The notes: generated from the sequence alone by a model not told the origin. A DNA stretch of 64,000 nt from Octopus sinensis (GCF_006345805.1 NC_043003.1:75206001-75270000); one strand, 5' to 3'. Shown: positions 22,076 to 36,547, numbered from the stretch's first letter. Made by a program: numbers and translations.

Positions 22076-23799
22076 GTACAGTTTAGTCCAGTCCTTATAT
22101 ATACTTCGGTTCTAATAGGAAGCCATATACTACTTCATTTGGTAGTCCCAGATGTGGAGAGTTAAGAGCATAATATAGTGGGGTATCAGCATTAAGAATA
22201 TGGGTAGGAGTTCGTACGTGTAAGGCCCCTTGTTCGGTTACTGAAATTTCCAAGGGTTCTGTATCCCTAAATGTATTTATGCTGTTATGTGGAAACAATA
22301 ACTATTCTATGCATTTTCAGGTTTAAAAGATTACTGATGGTTCATTGGATTTCAGTTGTAAATGCAAGACTAAATGTGAATTCTCACACACGTAAACCTT
22401 TCACATGGATGTTGAATCCACGATTTATAGCAATAAATATTGTATCTTTACCGTCCTGTTTCGATAACGGAGTTAACATTCCATAAACACATTTTACATA
22501 CAATATTATTTATTTGGACTCCCTCAACTTTACCCGTTATCTTCCTTTCCTTTCCACTCTTCCTACTCCCGGCACTATTTAATTATTTGTTTATTCCTAC
22601 CTCTTACCGGATTCTCATGCCACGTATTTCAGTAATAAAACAATATCATATTTACAGTTTGAACACGTCAGTACTTTCTTCTGTCAGCAATAGATGAATT
22701 AGGGCTGATTTGTTTGTCGATGGTAAGGATATTTAGGCTTAAGTTGGATCTGAAGTAGAATGTGGAGGATTTAGTGCAATTTAGTTTATGAGAGATATGA
22801 ATATTGACCTTCTGTCAGTTGTGCATATATTTAATTTAAAGGTTATAAATTTTCGTCTGACGTAATATAACTTAAACAATCAGCATTATGGGAACGAAAG
22901 AGAATCTATTCCTATATACACTCTAGCATATATAAAATCAAATTCTCCACTACAAATACGCAATTCTAATTATCTACAATTCTAATCTACTCCAATCATA
23001 AATCTCTACAACATCTTACAGAAATACGATTAAATTATTTAACTCCTAATTGAATCCTGTTTCCGCGCATCTTTAGGCAAAATCTTTCAAGGCTTGCCCA
23101 TTACAAATATGGTTATGTCAGAGTACATTAACTTGTATGGCTCTTAAATAAGTTAGTCATTGGTTTGAGAGAAATGCATTCACTATTTCTATCAATTCCT
23201 ACAAATACATGTAGTCAGAATACTTGCTTCCATAGTTGACTGAATATATTAGGTTACTCAGGCAAATTGCATTGAGTTAATGAGGAAATACTTCTACAAT
23301 AATCATTTGTTGATGTTCAGTTTTCTCTAATTGAATGTCAAATAGCATTCACATTTTTATTAATTAGTACAAGTGCAGGCAGCAAGCATGCAGAATCACT
23401 TAGTACTCCAGCCAAAAACAAAAGTACTCCTGAAAACAAAAGACAAGTGAAGAAACAACGAGCAAGTGTTTTAGTTTGACGCTCCAGAAGAATGGAAAAG
23501 TCTTTGAAGTTTCTCGCCTACACTCTTCGACAGAAAAGATAAAAATGGGGAGGCAGAACGAACGAATGGAGATAATAAAAAATGTTTAAGGATTGAGGTA
23601 GTAAAAATGTTTAATGATCGTTTATTTAGCACTTACATCTTACCTTAGAGAACCATCATGATAAATCTCTGAAGTGTGATGTAATATTACTTAATCTGGC
23701 CTCTCAGCCCTCTGTGCTGGTGTGCTTACTTGTGATAGTCTTGTGGTTACAGTCGTTCTAAATATATTTCTTGTGTTACCGAGTAGACATAGTTGCTCC

Positions 23800-24030
23800 A
23801 ATGATAGTGCGGTCTACAAATAATGATCACTGATTTCAAAAGAACTTTTATTGTAACATTACCTAGAAAAGGATTCTACAGTAACAGGCGAAGACTATAT
23901 TGAAATCATGGCCAACAAGTCAAAGTTAGCATTCTCATTTAAATGCCGAGGTCTCTTGTCAAATGAAGGTTATTGTTGCATAACAATGCACGTTCACATG
24001 CGACGACCTACATCATTGAAACCGTTGAAA
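23800..24030 (+). mobile_element. Mariner transposase catalytic-domain fragment
   Basis: HYLEKDSTVTGEDYIEIMANKSKLAFSFKCRGLLS..LLHNNARSH, resembling TVNS..KLKPAIRSKRRGLLS..LLHDNARPH. Confidence 0.75.
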
Positions 24031-24600
24031 GCTTTAAAAAATGTTTTTCTTTAAGTCGGTAACCAGAGTAATTGTAATATTGCCATATGATTAGTCACCT
24101 GTTACATACCAATACATTTTCTCTAAATTATGACTATTATGAATAACACGTAAATTGGAACTTTCTGAAATTACTGTCGAGTGAGAACATTAGATATTTC
24201 TGTCCCATTTTTCTGCATGTTAGTGCTTAATGTGAATATGAGCGAATACACACACACATACACACAAACATACATGAATGTAAATCTGTAGTGCAGAGTA
24301 TGAATTCTGGCAAATCATAGAAAAGCTCATCTAATACGTCTAATGTTTATACAATATAGTAATGTAATAGGGAGGAGTATAATGCAAAGTCCTGTGCAAA
24401 TGCGATCCAGAAGATGCAGGCTATGTACTCATTTCATGAGGCGTGTATAAAGCAGAAAAATCAGCAGTTATGAGAGGTAAATATAGTCATATATCAATTG
24501 ATGAAATATATTCGCCTCTCATAACTCCAGACATTTCATTTTCTATACATATGATACATAAATATATATGGGTCTGTGTATAAGTGTGTGTGTGTGTGTA

Positions 24601-24636
<36 letters not shown>

Positions 24637-25718
24637 GCATACAGACAGACACATGTGTACAGATTATGCAAAGATGGACAGGGCAAGTAAAGTGTCAACA
24701 GCAAGCTAGGTGAATGTAAGGTCAGTGGATTAACAAGGCGTTAGAAGAGAGAGTGCAGAACACGTTATCTTATTATTTTTATTGTTCATCGTCCCTCTCG
24801 TCTTCTTTATTTTCTACTGATCCTCTAACTATACTTTTATCTATTTTTTCTACTGAAACCTTACTTAGTCTGACCATCTTTGCGCAGACCAGTTACATTT
24901 TAATCTTGATATACTTTTTGTTTCGTCCAAACAATGCCTGGCAGACGCACAACGTATGAGCATACCTTTGATACATGTTTAAAGAAATGCTCCTATATCA
25001 TTTGAAATCGCAAATATTACGTAAATCTTTACACGAAATTTTTGGGGAAACTGGCTTTGCAATAAGAGTTGGTACAGAAACAAATGTAACTGATCATGAA
25101 AAAACACTTTTCTGTATCTCCGTATCTTGATTATATATGTAATTTTTTATATTGTTCTCTATGTATTCTATTTCTCATTTTGATATCCTTACCTATTAAC
25201 CTCGTATCCCTCGCAATTTGTTGCTATTCTTGTTCTAAGATGTTTTTCAGCTACTTAGGTCTATGCAAGACGGTTATACTGAACCCATATAAACGGATAT
25301 ATATGTGTGCATGTGTTAGTATACATGTTTGCACATAAATAAATGCATGTGTATCAGTATGCATCTTTACATTTTTTTCTGATTCGTGACTTAAAATTAA
25401 TATACAGATAGCATGTTTATCTTTCCAGTTATTCCACAAGTAAATGCCATGAGTAGTCTTTATAGACACCACCTAATATAAAACCATCTCAGTAATTACT
25501 TAGTAATCTTTCCATTTTAACGTTTATAATTGATATATACACACATATTAGTTATTTTGGTTATAACATTTTGAAAATCTTAAATTTTATTTTCAAAGAA
25601 CATAACAATACTGCTTATAAACAATTACCGATAGTGCCCCAAAATAAAATTTCCTCTGCATTAACATCTTAGGTTTCTTAGAGTCTTGCCCCTTTAAATG
25701 TTAAGTAACATCATATAT

Positions 25719-25757
<39 letters not shown>

Positions 25758-25843
25758 TATATTTACACACGCAAACACACACAATCCTATTTATACACAC
25801 ATACACACACACACAAACACACACAATCCTATTTATGCACCAC

Positions 25844-25888
<45 letters not shown>

Positions 25889-26413
25889 TTGTGTGAGTAT
25901 GCGCGTGTTTGCATGCGTATATTTAATTAGTACTTTTCTCTCTGACAACTTTTGTAATTTATCCTCAGTTGCTTGCATTGAAACCCTTGTTAATTAAGTA
26001 ATACACAATTTGGAAACATTAATTTTCCGCGTGTATTTGATTACTTTAGAACTCCAAATTCACACTCTTCTAAATTATTGGTTAATATAAATGTCCTTTA
26101 AGAACTTAAATTAGATAAATCTTTACATTTCGTATATTTTAACATCTATTGCTTTTTTATATATTTTAACATCTATTGCATCTATTGTTTTTTCTTATGT
26201 TTATTTAGTTACTCACCATTTGGAAAAAAAAAACGTATATTAAGCCTTCTAACAACAAAGAGGATTGTTAAATTCATTCAAATTCGTCAAGATTTTCGTT
26301 GCAGATTTGCAGTCTTCATGCTGACATAGATCTATAACATCTGCTTGAAAGATTTAGAACCATAGGATATGGACATAGTTTTGTATCCATTTGTTTTATA
26401 TATTCATTTCTAT

Positions 26414-26820
26414 TGCAGTGGCTGTGTGGTAAGAAACTTGCTTCCATGCCACATGGTTCAGTGTTCAGTCCTACTGCATGACAACTTCGGCAAGTGTCTT
26501 CTACTATAGCCTTGGTTTAACCAAAAAAAGGGGTTTTGATGAACAGGAACTGAAAGGATCCTGTCGTAAATGTGTGTGTGTGTGTGCGCGCGTGTGCATA
26601 TATGTGTGTTTTTTTGGTATTTGCGTTTGTCTCTACCACCGCTTAATAAACGGTGTGTTTCAGTACCGTAATTTAGTGGTTCGACAAAACAAAATGATAG
26701 AATAAGTACCAGGCTGTAAGAAAAAATTCCTTGTCTTAATTCATTCGACTAAGAATTCTTCAAGATGCTCCCGCATAGCCGTAGTCCTATGACTGACAGA
26801 AGTAAAACATAAACGATAAG
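26414..26820 (+). mobile_element. Near full-length, diverged tRNA-derived SINE (family A) with empty target site
   Basis: gcagtggctgtgtggtaagaaacttgcttcc..ggcaagtgtcttctactatagcc..gatagaataagtaccagg..gcatagccgtagtcctatgactgac. Confidence 0.85.
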
Positions 26821-27009
26821 ATTTATACACATGTGCATTTATATACATGGGATTTATTTTCGATCCGTCATGTCAGTCATTTTATGTTACTGTTCAGTCA
26901 TTTAACTCCTGTTTTGCCCTTGTACATACATTTCTATGTATAAATGTGTGCATAACTATATAATTCAATATGTCTTATAAATATCTCATCTTATTCTGGA
27001 AGATGCTCT

Positions 27010-27100
27010 CTTGGGCAAGTGTCTTCTGCTAGAACCTCGGGTCGACGAAAGCCTTGTGAGTGCATTTGGTAGGCGGAAACTGAAAGAAGACTGTCGTATA
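27010..27100 (+). mobile_element. SINE family A internal fragment
   Basis: cttgggcaagtgtcttctgctagaacctcgggtcgacgaaagccttgtgag..ggaaactgaaagaagactgtcg. Confidence 0.85.
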
Positions 27101-27855
27101 TATGTATATATGTATATATATATATATATATATACCTTGCTTATTTAGTCTTTGGGTAAGAATCATGCGTCAGAAACCATCCATTTTCAGGCAATGTTAT
27201 GTCCTGCTGTTTTTAGTTACACCTTATATGATTATATTGAATCTGACACGCACATTTTCATTGATTGACTTCGTTTAAGAATTTACAGTGTGGTATTTAA
27301 GAAATATATTGCCAGCAAAGGTAACTTTTCTTAGTGTACACTAGAATCAAAGTGATTTCCCGAGATAAATTGTCAACCGGTGAATGATAAACGAGTTACT
27401 CTTCACTGAACACGATTGCATTCGCGGTGCGGGATATGAAGAAGGTTAGTCGAATAACAACGCTAATTGAAAACTGAGAAATGTTGGCTTTTATTCTGAA
27501 TCAACGTATCTTGTGAAACATCAATAGTTTCAATGGATTGATCTATCTGTTCTATTTATATGATAGATTTTGTGTCAAATATATTTACTTGTAATAGATC
27601 TCAGTGTATAAACAAGTAGATATGAACATGTTAGATCCAGTATTTGAAATACTTATATAGTGATACAAGTACAGCTATGTAGCTGAGAATTTCACTTAAG
27701 TCTAGGCATGTAACATCTAGATTTCGCTGGTTTAAAATGTGGAATAGAGAAACCAAAACTCTGCAACAACCAGTGACACATACATATGTACACACACACG
27801 CACACGCAAACCCCGATATGCACATACATATATCTATCTATCTATAAATATATAT

Positions 27856-27899
<44 letters not shown>

Positions 27900-27901
<2 letters not shown>

Positions 27902-30033
27902 TAAAAACGGTAACATAACAAAACAAAGAAAGAGACCTCAATATTATGTAAATAGAGGAAATTTATCTATAAAATAATATGTTACAATTACTCAATAGTC
28001 AAGATAAAAATCTGAGTTTCAGATGCCGAAGTGGAAATCCACAACACCATCTGTTCGGTTATCTGGCCATCTGAAAAACGCTATGAAAAAATACCGTTAT
28101 ATAAAGGGAAATTACTGTCTTATAATTCTGCTACTTATATAAAATAAGATTAAAAGTTCATAGTAAACACATAAACATGCCCTCACTTTAACCGCTAATA
28201 CAAATGGACCAGCACAGGATCGTTTTAGGAAGGATAGTATCCAATTAAGGAAATACTTTGGACTTAGTATAACTATAGATACTAACCTGACGGTTGTCAA
28301 GTTCCTAGACGTTTCCTTAAATCTATATAAGAATATTTATAAGCCTTATAGGAAGCCCAATGATAGACTTAGTTATATTAATGTAGGTTCATGCCATCCC
28401 CCTATAGCATTCAAAAGTTTAGTTAAAAATATTAGTAAGAGAATTTCTAGCCTCTCCTCCGATAAGGACATTTTAATAGCGTTGCCCCAGTTTATAATAA
28501 GGCTTTAAAAGATAGTGGTTTTAGCGAAAAAATGAAATATACACCTGTTACTAGCCCAACAGTAAAGAAGAGGAAAAATAGAAATAGGAAGATCATCTGG
28601 TTTACATCTCCTTACTCACACGAGGTGACCTTCAATATAGGTAAATATTTCTTAACACTGATAGATAGACATTTTCCAGTTAACCATACTTATAGGAAAC
28701 TCTTCAATAAACACAATTTAAAAATTAGTTTTATTTCAACTACCAATTATAAAAATATAATCAGACATACCACACAAAAACCACAGGAAAGCAGCTGTTC
28801 ATGTAGGAATAAACAAATTGTGCCCGGTAAATGGAGCTTGCATGTCAGTGGACTCTAAAGACACCGTTTCGACAAAGAAATACGTGGGCCTTACAGAGGG
28901 TAATTTCAAGGCCTGGTTCAATAACCACACCTTGAGTTTTAGGCACTGGAACAAAAGAAAAGCGACAAAATTATCTAATCATATTTGTTCTTTAAAAGAT
29001 AAAGGTGTCGATTATAACATCCATTGGAAGATTTTGGCCAAATGTAAGCCCTACACTAACGGCAGCGGAAAGTGCGGTCTATGCGACATGGAGAGATGGC
29101 TTATCTGGAAAAGCAGCTTAGACCCTACTACATGTCTAAACTCAAGGACATAACTTTTCGGTTCATGCCCAAATGTGACAAAATATTTGTTACGTTTTTG
29201 GTCCCTTAAAGAAAACAGATAGAACTTGCTTTCTATATTATGTCCCAAAAAGTTTTTTATCTCATTATACCTTTTATTATTTCATATATCTTTATATTTT
29301 CATACATGATTTTTTTCTGTACTCTTCTATCCTGCATTTTTACTGTGCCTATATAGACGTGTATATAGATTCATTTGTACACGTGTGTGAATATGTATGA
29401 TGTGTGCGTGTGTGCGGGCATAAGAATGCATATATATATATAGACGTTTTTACTTAGTAATTTTCTTTTTTTAGTTCATTTTTTGTTTATGCGTGTGTGT
29501 GTGTGTGTATATAAACATGTGCGGGTATGTACATATATGGGCGTGTGTGTGTATGAGTGCATAAGGGCATGTCCGTATATGAACGTGATTTTTATTCTTT
29601 GTATACTTCCTTATGTTTTTTTCTGTTACCTTTAACCATGGTTTTTCATGTGCTTGTGCGTATATAGACGTATGTATGAACTTTTTCGATACGCGCCTGT
29701 GTGCGTATGAATTTGTATATATATATGCGTATATATTTGGCGAAAAATGCGAGTGAGGTGTGCACGTTTTCATAGTGACGTATTAGTAGGCACGTGTATC
29801 CGCGAATGCACATGCGAGTGTATGACTAGCCATGTTTAAGTGTTTACTATGAACTTTTAATCTTATTTTATATAAGTAGCAAAATTATAAGACAGTAATT
29901 TCCCTTCATATAACGGTATTTTATCATAGCGTTTTTCAGATGGCCAGATAACCGAACAGATGGTGTTGTGGATTTCCACTTCGGCATCTGAATCTCTGAG
30001 TTTTATCTTGACCATTGAGTAATTGTAACATAC
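27900..30033 (+). mobile_element. 5'-truncated Penelope-like element with inverted 5' pseudo-LTR and 3' pseudo-LTR
   Basis: KYFGLSITIDTNLTVVKFLDVSLNL..YKPYRKPND..YINVGSCHPP..KIIWFTSPYS..CSCRNKQ.CPVNGAC..KYVGLTEGNFKAWFNNHTLSF..CGLC (GIY-YIG); ~200-bp inverted repeats 27978-28179 / 29831-30033. Confidence 0.9.
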
Positions 30034-30048
30034 TATTATATATATATA

Positions 30049-30119
<71 letters not shown>

Positions 30120-30122
30120 TAC

Positions 30123-30192
<70 letters not shown>

Positions 30193-30206
30193 CATATATA
30201 TACATA

Positions 30207-30257
<51 letters not shown>

Positions 30258-30599
30258 TGTATATATACACACACACACACACACACACATACATGCGTGC
30301 TTGTGGAAGTGCGGGTATATATACAGGCTATTCGGAATATTTACAGTCAAGGTTGTTATGTTCAAATTAGCCAGACGAGGTTTGGAAATCTTTGTAAGGT
30401 ATGATGCAATCTATTATGAATACAATAAGTAAAGATTTCTAATGAAATTGTGAACTCCTCTGATATATATATATACATAATTATTTAAATCTGAAATTAT
30501 TCCTTCAAAGTATTTATTAATTCTTATAAGAGGATTATACAATTTTTAGTAGAATTGCCCTTTCCATTTTCAAGGCAAAGAACGCAATAGGCATTTAGG

Positions 30600-31080
30600 T
30601 ATGTTAATCAGTTGATGAATAGTCTCTTGAGGAATTTGTCGCCAAGTGTCATGCAATAATCTCAAAAGATATGGCTTTGAAGATGCCTTCTTGCTCTTTT
30701 TATGAAGCGTCCTGTCTATAATGTACCCCGACGTGTTCAATGGGTTTCATATCTGGTGACAGGCTTAGCCATGGAAGCCTTTTAATGCCATACTCTTCCA
30801 ACAAATCTTGCGTCATTTTAACCATTTTAGCCATAAAAAAAGAGTCTTCTTTAAGGATTTCACCACCGGAGAAGATTGGAAGGATTTCTTTCGGTAAAAT
30901 GGACATATACTTATCTCACACTCCCATTGACCATTGCTCCAAATTGCACCATGGACCATCACTGAATAGTTGCCATATTTCATTGTTGGCCGCAATATTT
31001 TCGCATCAAATTCCTGAGCACAGCCTTCAGAAAGGCCAGTTAATCTAACTTTCAAACACATTGTGATAAATCTATAAATC
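30600..31080 (-). mobile_element. Tc1-family transposase fragment
   Basis: Minus strand PTMKYGNYSVMVHGAIWSNG and LPWLSLSPDMKPIEHV motifs. Confidence 0.8.
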
Positions 31081-31166
31081 TGATAAGGTAGGAAAGCGCT
31101 AGGTGTGTAAATAAAATATAGATAAAAGGTAAAGAAAAAATACACATAAGCATCTAGCTTATTATG

Positions 31167-31200
<34 letters not shown>

Positions 31201-31201
<1 letters not shown>

Positions 31202-31745
31202 CACGGACAAAATAATGGAAACGCCTTTTTCAAACAAATTTATTTTAATATAGGGTAGGGCCAACTTTTGCAGTAATTACAGCTTGAATTCTACGAGCTA
31301 TGGACTCGTACTATGTTTGAATCGTTTCCAGAGGACTTTTGGGTCTATTGTGCAGCTAAAGCAGTCTCTAATTCTTGTAGTGATGATGCTGGAGGATATC
31401 GACTCCTTACTTGTTTTTTCTAAAATGCACCATAAATTTTCAACAATATTGATATCTGGAGACTGTGGTGGCCAGATAAGATGTTCAACCTGACTAGAAT
31501 ATTACTCGTGCCATTCAGTAACAAATTTAGCTGCGGGAATTGGTGTATTATGTTCCTGAAAGATCGTGTTTCTCATCGGAAACAGTTCTGCAACCGTAGG
31601 TTGCATTTGCTGAGATAAAATGCTTAATTAGTCTCGACTATTAATTCCGCCAAGAATGGAAACTATTTGCCGGCGGATATCCAAGATATAGACCCCACCG
31701 ATCATCATAGATCCTCCTCCCTAGTTAACAGTTATAGGAAGGAGT
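31201..31745 (-). mobile_element. Tc1-family transposon 3' part with one terminal repeat
   Basis: Minus strand GGGSMMIGG..IFQEHNTPIPAAKFVTEWHE..HLIWPPQSPDINIVENLWCILEK; ta|cacggacaaaataatggaaacgcc TIR-like end at about 31201. Confidence 0.88.
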
Positions 31746-32834
31746 CTGGATCAAATGATTCTTTTGGCTGTCTCCACACGCATACTCTGCCGATTGTCAG
31801 AAATCAGGCAAAGGCCGACTCGTTCGAGTAAATAACATTTTCGCCTGATCTAAGGACCGATTCTGTAGCCTTTTACCCCATTCATTAGCAGTTTTGCAAT
31901 AGAGACTTTAGACATGATACCAGTATACAAAATAAATAGAGGGATCGATCTGTCCAGCAAAAATGCTGCATGGTAGTGCCCTAGCATAGCTGCAATCCAA
32001 TGCCTGAAATAAATAAAACATAAAATTCAAAATGTAAAAAGAACAATGCATGGTGTAGGGAATGCAATGCATACCCTGAACGCAGATAATATTTTTCGCA
32101 TAATATAGTATGGCCTATATTGCGTTGCTTACCCATTTTAAGTGAGCTGAATTATTTACTTTTTCAAGTATCATTATAATAGCTATTTATACTCTGGTGA
32201 AATTATGAAATCAACTCATAGTAAATGAAACACTCGAATCCATCACCTTACACACGCGCGCGCGCTAGCAAACTCACACACAGTCGCATGTTTATGTATG
32301 TATTAATGTATGAATCAAGCCAAAGTTTTAACATTTTAAGCCACTCACCCAATGAGTATTTATGACAAATTTGGTGAAATTCCGTTCCGATGTTTTCCAC
32401 TAAGTTTGCCAAATTAAAGACAATGTGACACATACGAGTGATTACAATGACCCTGCTTTCGCTTATGCGCACAGCGTAAATATATACGGCTATAATTTGT
32501 CTGCTGCTATATAAGTGTGAAATTCTATATGTAAAATGTGTGCTATCGGTTGGACATTTCATCCCTGTATTTTTACTAATTGTCAGCAAATTACTCTTAT
32601 ACTAAAGTATTCATTGTAGTTGTAACTCTCAGTTTGATGTGAATAAATCAAACACCCTATATTTCTTGGTTTTCAACAAGTATATTGCGTTCTCGTACCT
32701 ATTAGAGTTGCATGTTATCACATTCTTTGACATAGATCGATTTTATTATTGACTCATGACACAGATATATCATTGCAACGTAATTGGATTTGCACACGTG
32801 GCTAAAGTAAACTTCCATTAAATTCCTTATTATA

Positions 32835-34086
32835 TCAGTCTGAGTAAAAAGTAAGCAAAGTTTTAGAAATTGAAATACATCACAATGTATTTTAACAATG
32901 CGGAAATTTTATTCATCAAACTAAGTACCATTACAATCAACGCGCTTTTGCCAACGAGATACAAGTTTGTTTATTCCGGAGATATAAAACCTTGATTTCT
33001 GGAGTTAATGAACTCTTTGAAAGCACTTTCAGCATCGGTTTGAACTTTTAAACACCTTCTGTTGCAAAGGAACCATCGAAGTGCTTGAAAAAGTGGTAGT
33101 CAGTAGAAAGGGGAGTAAGCGTGTTGGGGAAGAACTTCGTAGTCAAGTTCGCTCAACTTCTGGAGCGTCATTAGTGAATCGTATGGCCGAACATTGTCAT
33201 TACGTTTGGCCCGCTTCTGTTGACCAGTCTGCGTCGGAGAAGTAGCAGTTTTTCGTATATTGTGGCAATTGTATGGCAATCTGTTTCTGCAGTAATGGTT
33301 TTTCCGGGTTTTAAGAAGTTATAGTGGATACGTCACCAAACAATCACTATAACCTTCTTTTTGAAGAACTCGAGTTTAGGCAAGGTTTTCGAGGCTTTAT
33401 TTTGGTTCAACCGCTACGAAGAACGGTTTTTTCTTTTTGTACCGGGTAAACTTTTCATCGCAACTTCCAAACGGTCGAGAAATGGATCGTTGTGGATACG
33501 GAGAAGAAGCGACGCGCAAATTTTAAACCTGCGCATTTTCTAATTTTCATTGAAATCGTGTGGTACCCATTTGTGCAGCTTTTTTGATTTTCCGATCGCA
33601 TGCGAATGACTGCAAGCACTTTTCTGGCTGACTTGCAGCTCTTTTGCCAGTTTTGGAGTGGTTTTGCGTGGATCTTTCTCAATGAAGGTTTGTAATTGAC
33701 CGTCATCAATACCAGATGGGCACCCACTACGCTCAGGTTCCCACTGCGAAATCGTTTTAACTATTTTCGAGCTGACCATTCACTGGTAATTTCCTCACCA
33801 AACATTTCCTTTACATCGCGAGCGGTTTCACTTCCTTTACACCCTTTTTTTTTTTTTGAAGTTGAATAACAAAATTACTCGAATATTGCGCTTTGGCTTT
33901 TCTATTTCAGATGATTGTAACAACTGTGAAAAACATATCAATGTTAATTTATTGATGCATTTGTGCAAATCTATGTCTATATTATCAGACAATTGCAAAA
34001 GGTTGTTTAAAAAAATTCAACGTTTGCAAAACTCTGGTATACATTCTTCATGGTTCAAAACTTTGCTTACTTTTTACTCAACCTGA
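32835..34086 (-). mobile_element. Full-length degenerate mariner element (~1.25 kb) with TIRs and TA flanks
   Basis: TIRs tcagtctgagtaaaaagtaagcaaagtttt / aaaactttgcttactttttactcaacctga, each flanked by TA; WVPHDF, DYHFFKHFD, GINKLVSRWQK motifs on the minus strand. Confidence 0.93.
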
Positions 34087-36511
34087 TAAATATAAAAAAT
34101 GTGGGTAACGCCAACAGTTTTGGGCTATTGCAAGCAATGCCATCATACCTAAACATTAGCAAGTATATCTATGATTTTCTACTGATAATTGAACTAAAAC
34201 AAAATGTATCCATATATATTTCATCTAAATTTCTAGTTAGCAAATGAACTCGCATTTACTGTTATGTAAAACAGTTCTCAACCTGCTGCAAATCCAGGTA
34301 CGTACAGTTCTTAAACAAGGAAGTACTCATTGTGTTAATAATTATTATTTTTATTTTGCGAGTCGAAAATAAAGAATGATAAGATTCAACTCATTTGTAT
34401 TTCTCTATAGACTACATATATTTATCTCTAAAGCATTTTAACGTGAATTTGACGAGTAATTACTTGCATTTTCGTTTCAAAACAATTGTGATTATGAGTA
34501 GCACAGGATGTAGTTAGGGAAAGAGAATCCCAAAATATTCACTGAAGTGATTAGGAATCGAGAATTCTAAATTACAGATAATGTTCTTTAAGAAGACATT
34601 CAGGATAATTCTGGTGAATATATTTTCAACATTGTATAATTTGTAATCCAATGACGATTTTAATTTAATATAGAAAGATTAGTATATATTTATAGATAGT
34701 AGGTTTGTTATCTATTTCCTAAATATCTGCTCCAAGCGTTCTAAAAAGATATCTGATAAAAGCGTACAGACACACACAGCGAGGCACACTTTAGTATGAA
34801 TATATGGGAGTGTATCAGCGCGCGTCTATGTATGTGTGTTTCCCCATATATATATATATATATATATATGTATAAACATATACTCTGCAGAGCGTAAATA
34901 GGAATAAATTAGATTAAATTCTCCAAATCCTCTTTGTGTATTAAATAAGAATGTAAACAACTTTATATATTCTTTATTGAAAGCAAAAAATCAAGATAAT
35001 CACTAAATGAAAATCTTCCCGGCTTTCTGAACAACCCTTAGAAAAATCACACAACTCATCATACCATACACAAAAACACATATCAGCTGCTATACAAAAC
35101 AAGGAAAACTATATTGTTACGGTCTTAGCCAAATTCATATGTTTTTGCGTTCCTACAGTTCATTATTAATTGCACAATTTTTATGTACAAAAGAATGGAA
35201 ATGAAGATTGAGGATTTTAGATACTACAAGAGATCTCTAAAAGTTTTTGTGACTTACCTTATTTTGTTAGGCTATTATAGTGTTTTGAGAGGAATAAGTG
35301 TAGGTGCATGCATTTAATAACTTGATATGGCTTTATAAACTTTTATATGGTTGGACTTAATCCTGTTGTATGTTTCAGTTTTATATGAGACTCCTAGATG
35401 TTGAAGTAGATCAAAGTGTATTTTCTCAACCCTAGATGTTCTATGAGTTTGTAATCTTCTGATATTGTGTACTGTTGTTGGCTATAAAATCAGATGAAAT
35501 CAAATATATGAGTTACAAATATCTTATGCATAAGGCCAATTCGAAGTTTTCTTTGTATAAACCAAGTTTCAGATTATATACTCTACGTGATGCAAGAATT
35601 ATTAGCTAGTTTAATTAAAGGAAAATATTGATTGTTACTTAAAAGTCAAGATAAATATTATCCTCACACTGAAACAGTTACTAAATTATATGCAGTTTGC
35701 ATGGAAGAATTTGGAAGTCCTCGTATGTAGGTGCGCACATCTTGCGTATTATTTTTGTTTACTGTTTAGAAACTGGTGTGATGCTGTGAAAATATGGAAT
35801 ATTTTCTCTGTGCCCAAATTTCATCATAGTTTTCCTCAGATTACATATGATTCAGCCATGCTTAATTTTTCGCATTCCATAATAAAGTTAGACATTCTCT
35901 GTATTTGGGAACAACTCAGGCTCGTGTTATGCATCTTCTCTCATTCCTTAAATGAAATCCAATCATTTGTCAGTCTCGCCATTTATGTTGTCAAGGAGGG
36001 AGCAATGTTGGACTTCGAATATCCTACTAACGTAAACCTACCCTATAGCTGTATGCCAAATTTTCGATATTACATTCAGTATATAAAGGACAAATTCTCT
36101 TTCTTACACAACGGAAATGATATATTACTTTTTCTAACCCCACCTATATTAGTGGGACCAGAATTAGATATCCTCACTCTCCGTATCTACGGATGTATTG
36201 CTGCTTATAAACCAGCTATCATTTCGGCTTTCCTCGCTATAACCTCTGCCATCTACTGTACCCGGTTCACCTACTTTAGGGATAGTAACTGTTGGCTCTC
36301 CACCACTGCCTATATCTACTTGGATGTTCGTTTCTATATCATTGGGTGTGAGGTTGGTATATGGGGTCCTTTAAGGTAGACTATCATTTAAAATTTAAGT
36401 GCGTAGTCGCTATCATTAAGAGTATCGTTATAATTGTCCGAAGCTTTATAGTCGTCTCTTGTGTTCAGGAATGCAGATATTCTACCAGTATCATGCACCG
36501 CTATTATTTAT

Positions 36512-36529
<18 letters not shown>

Positions 36530-36547
<18 letters not shown>

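Noticed and set aside
25770-26180. Short local tandem duplications (acacacaatcctattta x2; tattttaacatctattgc x2)
   Set aside because: Ordinary slippage duplications; not a CRISPR-like or satellite array
29140-29200. Possible recoded (selenocysteine-type) stop in the PLE endonuclease tail
   Set aside because: The interrupting codon is TAA, not TGA, and the copy has other disabling lesions
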